Assembly: GCA_027592745.1 (NCBI GenBank)
Contig: JAQCLG010000002.1
Location: forward strand, 1-54,597
Length of the DNA stretch: 54,597 nt
Direction: 5' to 3'
From: Pseudomonadota bacterium
GTDB taxonomy: Bacteria > Pseudomonadota > Alphaproteobacteria > SP197
The notes beneath the pieces are model-generated. The model had not been told where the DNA came from. It was given only the letters and a program-made list of their open reading frames with translations, and made no database searches. Of this stretch, positions 50,305-54,597 are shown piece by piece. The stretch's first letter is position 1, and the number at the start of each line of letters is the position of its first letter. The position numbers were made by a program, and so were the translations under genes.

Positions 50305-51312
50305 TCAACCCGCGGCGTAACCTTCCAGCTTTTCGTGCAGCGTCCGGGCGATGGTCACGCCCTGGCTTGACGTGCGCGCGCGCGCCGCAAGGCGCCTTTC
50401 CCCGGGCAGCCTCGTGCCCTCCTGTTCGAGGATTGCGGCAAACAGGGCCTCGGCCCGTTCGTCGAAGCCTTCATGGAAGGCGTGGGTGTCGAAGGCCAGG
50501 AAACACTGACCGGTCCCCGGCGGGCCACCCTCGTTGCCGCCGAAGCTGGACGCCCGGTAGCCGAAGTTGGCGCCCGAAAGGCCGGCGGCCATCAACTCGA
50601 TCAGCAAGGCCAGGTTTGCCCCCTTGCGCCCGCCCGCAGGCGCCATCGTGCCCTTGAGTGCCGCGGCTGCATCGGTCGTCGGTTCGCCTTGCGCATCGAA
50701 GGCCCAGCCCGACGGAATCGGCTCCCCCTTCTGGGCGTGCACCATGACCTCGCTCTTGGCGATGACGCTGGAGGACTGATCGATCACCAGCGGCGCCCCA
50801 CCGGCGCGCGGCGCCGCGATGGCGATGGGATCGGTGCCGAACATGCCCCGCCTGCCGCCCCAGGGCGCAATGGCGGCGGGACCGTTGACGAAGGCAAGTG
50901 CCAGCAGGCCCTCCGAGGCCATGCGTTCGACATGGTAGCCCACGACACCGCAGTTGTAGGAATTGCGCACGGTCATGGCGGCAACGCCACAGCCCCGGGC
51001 GGCAGAGACCAGATCGGGCAGAGCCGCATCGATCGCCGGATGGGCAAAGCCGCAAGCAGCATCGACCGCCACGGCACCGGGCCTGGGCCGCGTCACCACG
51101 GCCGCCGCCCGGCCATCGACCTTGCCGCAGCGGACATGCTCGGCATAGGTCGGCAGACGTGCCAGCCCATGGCTGTGGATGCCGTCGGCTTCGGCAGCCA
51201 CCACTGAGGCGGTGACCGAGGCCGCATTGCGCTCGGCGGTGCCGCTGGCGACCAGTACGCGACGGGTCAGCGCGGCGACGTCGGCAAGCGTCAGGTGCAC
51301 GGTATCGCTCAT
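50305..51312 (-). CDS. Ldh2-family (type-2 malate/L-lactate dehydrogenase-like) oxidoreductase
   Basis: 335 aa with family strings GIHSHGLARLP, GTDPIAIAAP and GGRKGANLAL. Confidence 0.8.
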   Translation of the reverse strand: MSDTVHLTLADVAALTRRVLVASGTAERNAASVTASVVAAEADGIHSHGLARLPTYAEHVRCGKVDGRAAAVVTRPRPGAVAVDAACGFAHPAIDAALPDLVSAARGCGVAAMTVRNSYNCGVVGYHVERMASEGLLALAFVNGPAAIAPWGGRRGMFGTDPIAIAAPRAGGAPLVIDQSSSVIAKSEVMVHAQKGEPIPSGWAFDAQGEPTTDAAAALKGTMAPAGGRKGANLALLIELMAAGLSGANFGYRASSFGGNEGGPPGTGQCFLAFDTHAFHEGFDERAEALFAAILEQEGTRLPGERRLAARARTSSQGVTIARTLHEKLEGYAAG

Positions 51313-51320
51313 GCCGGCGG

Positions 51321-51701
51321 TCAGCCTTCGGTGGGGTTGCCGGCACCGACCCAGGCGCCGAAGCCGACGCCGATATGGCAGACGTCGTCATAACCCATAT
51401 CCCTGGCCGTGCGGCTGGCCAGCGCCGAGCGGCCGCCCGAAGCGCAGTAGAAGATCAGCGTCTTGCCCGACGAGATGCGCGGATCGTGCATCGGCCCCGC
51501 GGGGTCGAGTGCGAACTCCAGGAGGCCGCGCGAGGCATGGATGGCCCCGGGCAGCTTGCCGCTCTTCTGCACTTCCAGCCCGTCACGCACGTCGATGAAA
51601 ACGGCGTCCCCGGCATCCATGCGGGCGCGGGCCTGTGCCGGCGTCAGTTCGACGAGGCCCGTGCGGGCCTGTGCCATCATTTCCGAAATCGTCCTGGCCA
51701 T
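51321..51701 (-). CDS. rhodanese-like sulfurtransferase domain protein
   Basis: The start is placed at MARTISEMM (51701). The active-site loop is FYCASGGRS. Length 126 aa. The long upstream extension of the ORF looks non-coding. Confidence 0.8.
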   Translation of the reverse strand: MARTISEMMAQARTGLVELTPAQARARMDAGDAVFIDVRDGLEVQKSGKLPGAIHASRGLLEFALDPAGPMHDPRISSGKTLIFYCASGGRSALASRTARDMGYDDVCHIGVGFGAWVGAGNPTEG

Positions 51702-52234
51702 CACCCGAACCTCCCGCGGCCAACCGGCCGGCCCTCGAGAATCGAGGTGCCAACAGCCATAACCGCCGCTCCTGTGCGCGCCATGATGCCCACCCTGAAC
51801 GATGACGGCCAATGCAATCTCGTCGACTGCGACGCGACGGCCCGGGAAGCCGGCATGACGCGGATAGTGACGGCTCCCCGCAGGTTGATCGTTGCCGCCC
51901 TGGTGTTCGACGCCCCGGCACGCGCGCCTTCGTGAGCCCGGGCGGCGTCGCGCGCACGGACGGGAGTGTCCCGTCGCTGCATCGCGAAGCAGAGCTGATG
52001 GACTGAGCGGCGAAGCACCGACGTGTTTCCGTGCGCAGCCCGGGAATCGCTGACGCCATGCGCGATCGAGGCAAATCCGGCCGAATTTGACCGGTTTATG
52101 AACAATTTTGGCATCACGCATTGCTTGTGGCCTCGGCCAAAAGGGCTAAGGCACGGCTTGAGCGACTGGCATCTGCCGATGGGCATCGGCCGCCGGAGAC
52201 GATCTTGGGGATAGCCAAAGGGAGGAACCAGGTC

Positions 52235-53371
52235 GTGACCCAGAACAACGAGACCGACACCAGGGCAGCCAGTCGCCGTCGCTTTCTAACCGGAGGTGCG
52301 GCATCCGTCGCTGGCGCCGCCGCGGCGGTCGCCATGCCTAACGTGGCGCGCGCGCAAAGCGAGGTCGTGATCAAGATGCAGGGCGCCTGGGGCGGCGGCA
52401 TCTTCAAGGAGTTCGCACTCGACTACGTCGACCGCGTCAACCAGATGTCGGGCGGTTCGCTGCGCATCGACTACCTCGACGTCGATGCGGTGGTGAAGAC
52501 CGCCGAGATGCAGAATGCCGTCGACAAGAGCGTCATCGACGCGGCCCATTTCGTGGCCGCCTACTGGTACTCCAAGAATGCCGCGGCCTCGCTGTTCGGC
52601 ACCGGTCCCTGCTGGGGCTGGACCTCGAACCACCTGCTGGGCTGGATCAAGTACAGCGGCGGTCAGGCGCTCTACGAGGAACTGATCAACGACATCCTGG
52701 GCCTCAACGTCACCGGCTTCTTCACCAGCCCGATGCCGGCTCAGCCGTTCGGCTGGTTCCGCAACGAGATCAACACGACCGCCGACATCAACGGCCTGAA
52801 GTACCGCACGGTCAGCCTGGCCGCCAACGTCCTGCAGGAAATGGGCATGGCGGTCGTGCAGCTGCCCGGCGGCGAGATTCAGCCGTCGATGGAACGTGGC
52901 GTGATCGACGCGGCGGAGTTCAACAACCCGACCTCCGACATGGAGTTCGGCATACAGGACGTCGCCAAGAACTATTACCTGGCGAGCTACCATCAGTCGC
53001 AGGAAGCCTTCGAGATCATCTTCAACAAGGATCTCTACTTCGGCCTGTCCAACACCCACCAGGCAATCCTGAAGTATGCCTCCGAGGCGGCCTCGGCCGA
53101 CATGTCCTGGAAGTACCAGGACCGCTACTCGGCCGATCTGATCAAGCTGCAGGAGGGCTCGGGCGTCACCGTGCACCGCACCTCCGACGAGATCATGCAG
53201 GCCCAGCTCCGGGGCTGGGACGTGATCATCGAGCAGTTCTCTTCCGATCCCTACTTCGCCAAGGTGGTCGAATCCCAGAAGGTCTGGGCCAAGCGTGTCG
53301 GCGCCTACGAGCTGACCAATGCGCCCGACTACGCCGGGGCCTATCGCCACTACTTCGGCGATCCGATCTGA
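52235..53371 (+). CDS. dctP: TRAP transporter substrate-binding protein (DctP family) with Tat signal
   Basis: ORF 52121..53371. The start is placed at GTG 52235, preceded by AGGGAGGA. The twin-arginine signal is SRRRFLTGGAASVAGAAAAVA. Confidence 0.8.
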   Translation: MTQNNETDTRAASRRRFLTGGAASVAGAAAAVAMPNVARAQSEVVIKMQGAWGGGIFKEFALDYVDRVNQMSGGSLRIDYLDVDAVVKTAEMQNAVDKSVIDAAHFVAAYWYSKNAAASLFGTGPCWGWTSNHLLGWIKYSGGQALYEELINDILGLNVTGFFTSPMPAQPFGWFRNEINTTADINGLKYRTVSLAANVLQEMGMAVVQLPGGEIQPSMERGVIDAAEFNNPTSDMEFGIQDVAKNYYLASYHQSQEAFEIIFNKDLYFGLSNTHQAILKYASEAASADMSWKYQDRYSADLIKLQEGSGVTVHRTSDEIMQAQLRGWDVIIEQFSSDPYFAKVVESQKVWAKRVGAYELTNAPDYAGAYRHYFGDPI

Positions 53372-53395
53372 GCCTGCGGCATCCCGGATGACGGC

Positions 53396-53422
53396 CGGGG
53401 CGGCGCTGTGCGTGCCGCCCCG
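53396..53422 (+). terminator. intercistronic GC-rich stem-loop between dctP and dctQ (no U-tract)
   Basis: CGGGGCGGC, a 9-nt loop and GCCGCCCCG form a perfect 9-bp stem. It may act as an mRNA-stability element or partial terminator, as often seen after binding-protein genes. Confidence 0.4.
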
Positions 53423-53457
53423 TGCCGGTTGCCCACAGTCCAGTTCACAGGCCAACG

Positions 53458-53962
53458 ATGAACCGTTTCCTGGTCGCTATCGACAGTCTGTCCGCATCGG
53501 TCGGCAAGGCGTTTGCGTGGTGCATCCTGGTGCTCACCATTGCCACCGTCTATGAGGTGACCTCGCGCTACGTCTTCGGCCATCCCACGACCTGGGCCTT
53601 CGACATGAGCGTGCAGATGTACGGCGCGCTCTTCATGATGGCCGGAGCCTATGCCCTCTCGCGCAACGGCCATGTCCGCGGCGACGTCATCCACCGCCTG
53701 CTGCCGCGCAAGGTGCAGGCCGGCGCGCGTCCAGATCTATTTCTTCAAGACGCTGATCCCCATCGCCGGCGCCCTGGTCCTGATCCAGGGCTTTGCCGAG
53801 GTGCTGCGCTGCATCCACTGCATCCGCACCGGTGTCTGGCCCGAGCGCCTGGCCGACGTCGAGGAGACCGAGACCATGCTGATGCATGAGGCCGAGGACC
53901 TGCACGCCATCCACCATGACAACGAGGCCGAGAACCTCACCCGTCCGGGAGCGCCGCGATGA
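53458..53962 (+). pseudogene. dctQ: TRAP small permease (DctQ) disrupted by an internal deletion with frameshift
   Basis: The N-terminal part (MNRFLVAIDSL...HVRGDVIHRLLPRKVQAG) is in one frame. The C-terminal part (VQIYFFKTLIPIAGALVLIQGFAEVLRCI...) is in the +1 frame and ends with ATGA coupling to dctM. The frames switch within about 53722..53729. The expected third TM segment is absent. Confidence 0.7.
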
Positions 53963-54510
53963 CCGATCCGCAAATCGCGATCATGATGCTCTCGCTGTTC
54001 ATCGTGGTCGTGCTTCTGGGTTTCCCCATCGCCTTCACCCTGATCGCGATGGGCCTGGGCTTTGGCTATTACGCCTATTACGACGCCGACCGGATGCAAT
54101 CGGTCTTCGACAACCGCATCTTCGACCTGTTCGTGCAGAACACCTTCTCGGTGATGTCCAACGAGGTCCTGGTCGCGATCCCGCTGTTCCTGTTCATGGG
54201 CTACGTCGTCGAGCGTGCCAACATCGTCAACCGCCTGTTCTTCAGCCTGCAGCTTGCCGCACGCCACCTGCCGGGATCGATGGCCGTGGCGGCGCTGGCG
54301 ACCTGCGCCCTGTTCGCCACGGCCACCGGCATCGTCGGCGCGGTGGTCACCCTGATGGGTCTGCTCGCCTTCCCCGTGATGCTGCGCGCCGGCTACGACC
54401 AGCGCTTTGCCGCAGGTGTCATCTGCGCCGGCGGCTGCCTGGGCATCCTGATTCCCCCCAGCATCATGCTGATCGTCTACGCCGCCATCGCCCAGGTCTC
54501 TCCGGTTTGA
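53959..54510 (+). pseudogene. dctM: TRAP large permease (DctM), truncated after 183 codons
   Basis: It has a normal DctM N-terminus (MTDPQIAIMMLSLFIVVVLLGFPIAF...GILIPPSIMLIVYAA). It ends at TGA 54508..54510, whereas DctM proteins are normally more than twice this length. Unrelated lower-GC sequence follows. Confidence 0.75.
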
Positions 54511-54597
54511 TCCTCCCCCACTGAATTGGTCCATCCTGAAGTTTTGGAAGGAGGGCCAGAAATGGCGCTGAAGCGATACAAGCCTGAGGAGATCGTG
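54508..54597 (+). mobile_element. left end of an insertion sequence (IS3-family-like), partial at window edge
   Basis: Composition changes abruptly at TGATCCTCCCCCACTGAATTGGTCCATCCTGAAGTTTTGGAAGGAGG. A TG-initiated terminus is typical of IS3-family ends. An SD sequence and an ORF starting MALKRYKPEEIV follow. The exact boundary is uncertain. Confidence 0.5.
54562..54597 (+). CDS. transposase OrfA N-terminus (IS3-family HTH type), first 12 codons only
   Basis: MALKRYKPEEIV resembles the ...KR..PEEIV(AKLRQ) N-termini of IS3-family OrfA proteins. GGAGG lies about 9 nt upstream. Only 12 aa are visible. Confidence 0.4.
   Translation, partial: MALKRYKPEEIV

Noticed and set aside
51702-52121. The 266-aa version of the rhodanese ORF extending upstream to 52121.
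   Set aside because: The extension is Arg/Pro/Gly-rich with no domain character. The rhodanese domain is complete from MARTISEMM at 51701.
52109-52125. A sigma-54-like promoter TGGCAT-N-TTGCT upstream of dctP.
   Set aside because: The GG-to-GC spacing is one nucleotide longer than the strict canonical -24/-12 spacing. No enhancer-binding-protein gene is adjacent.

Overview
High-GC, alphaproteobacterium-like chromosomal segment with dense coding on both strands. I support about 55 features by reading the ORF track and translating junctions by eye. No tRNA, rRNA or CRISPR array was seen. Three themes stand out. (1) Coordinates 1-36 kb form a catabolic island for methylated amines and osmolytes. 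It holds heterotetrameric sarcosine oxidase (soxBDAG) and two tandem StcD/DgcA-like flavin N-demethylases. It also holds a DddL-like cupin, BetI-like TetR and GbdR-like GlxA regulators, and a complete corrinoid-dependent methyl-transfer module. That module comprises a non-pyrrolysine MttB-family methyltransferase, a corrinoid protein, DUF1638, a small unknown protein, MetF / MetV-like / MetF, a methyl-THF:corrinoid methyltransferase and a RACo-type activator. This module is my top candidate for an uncharacterised system, because it sits in an O2-respiring gene context. (2) Coordinates 40-51 kb hold mixed metabolism: tandem FAD oxidoreductases, an aldo-keto reductase, translationally chained dpaL-hydantoinase-queF, and DUF938/DUF924 genes. 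(3) The window carries many independent gene-inactivating lesions, mostly in transport genes. These are an RND pump frameshift, an in-frame TAG in its outer-membrane factor, and two Trp-position stops in a PhyH dioxygenase. A TRAP dctQ has an internal deletion with frameshift, and dctM is cut by an IS-like end at the window edge. An ABC importer lacks a binding-protein gene. Gene-level coordinates are anchored to the ORF track. Motif-level coordinates were read by eye and may be off by 1-2 nt. No database search or numeric computation was possible.
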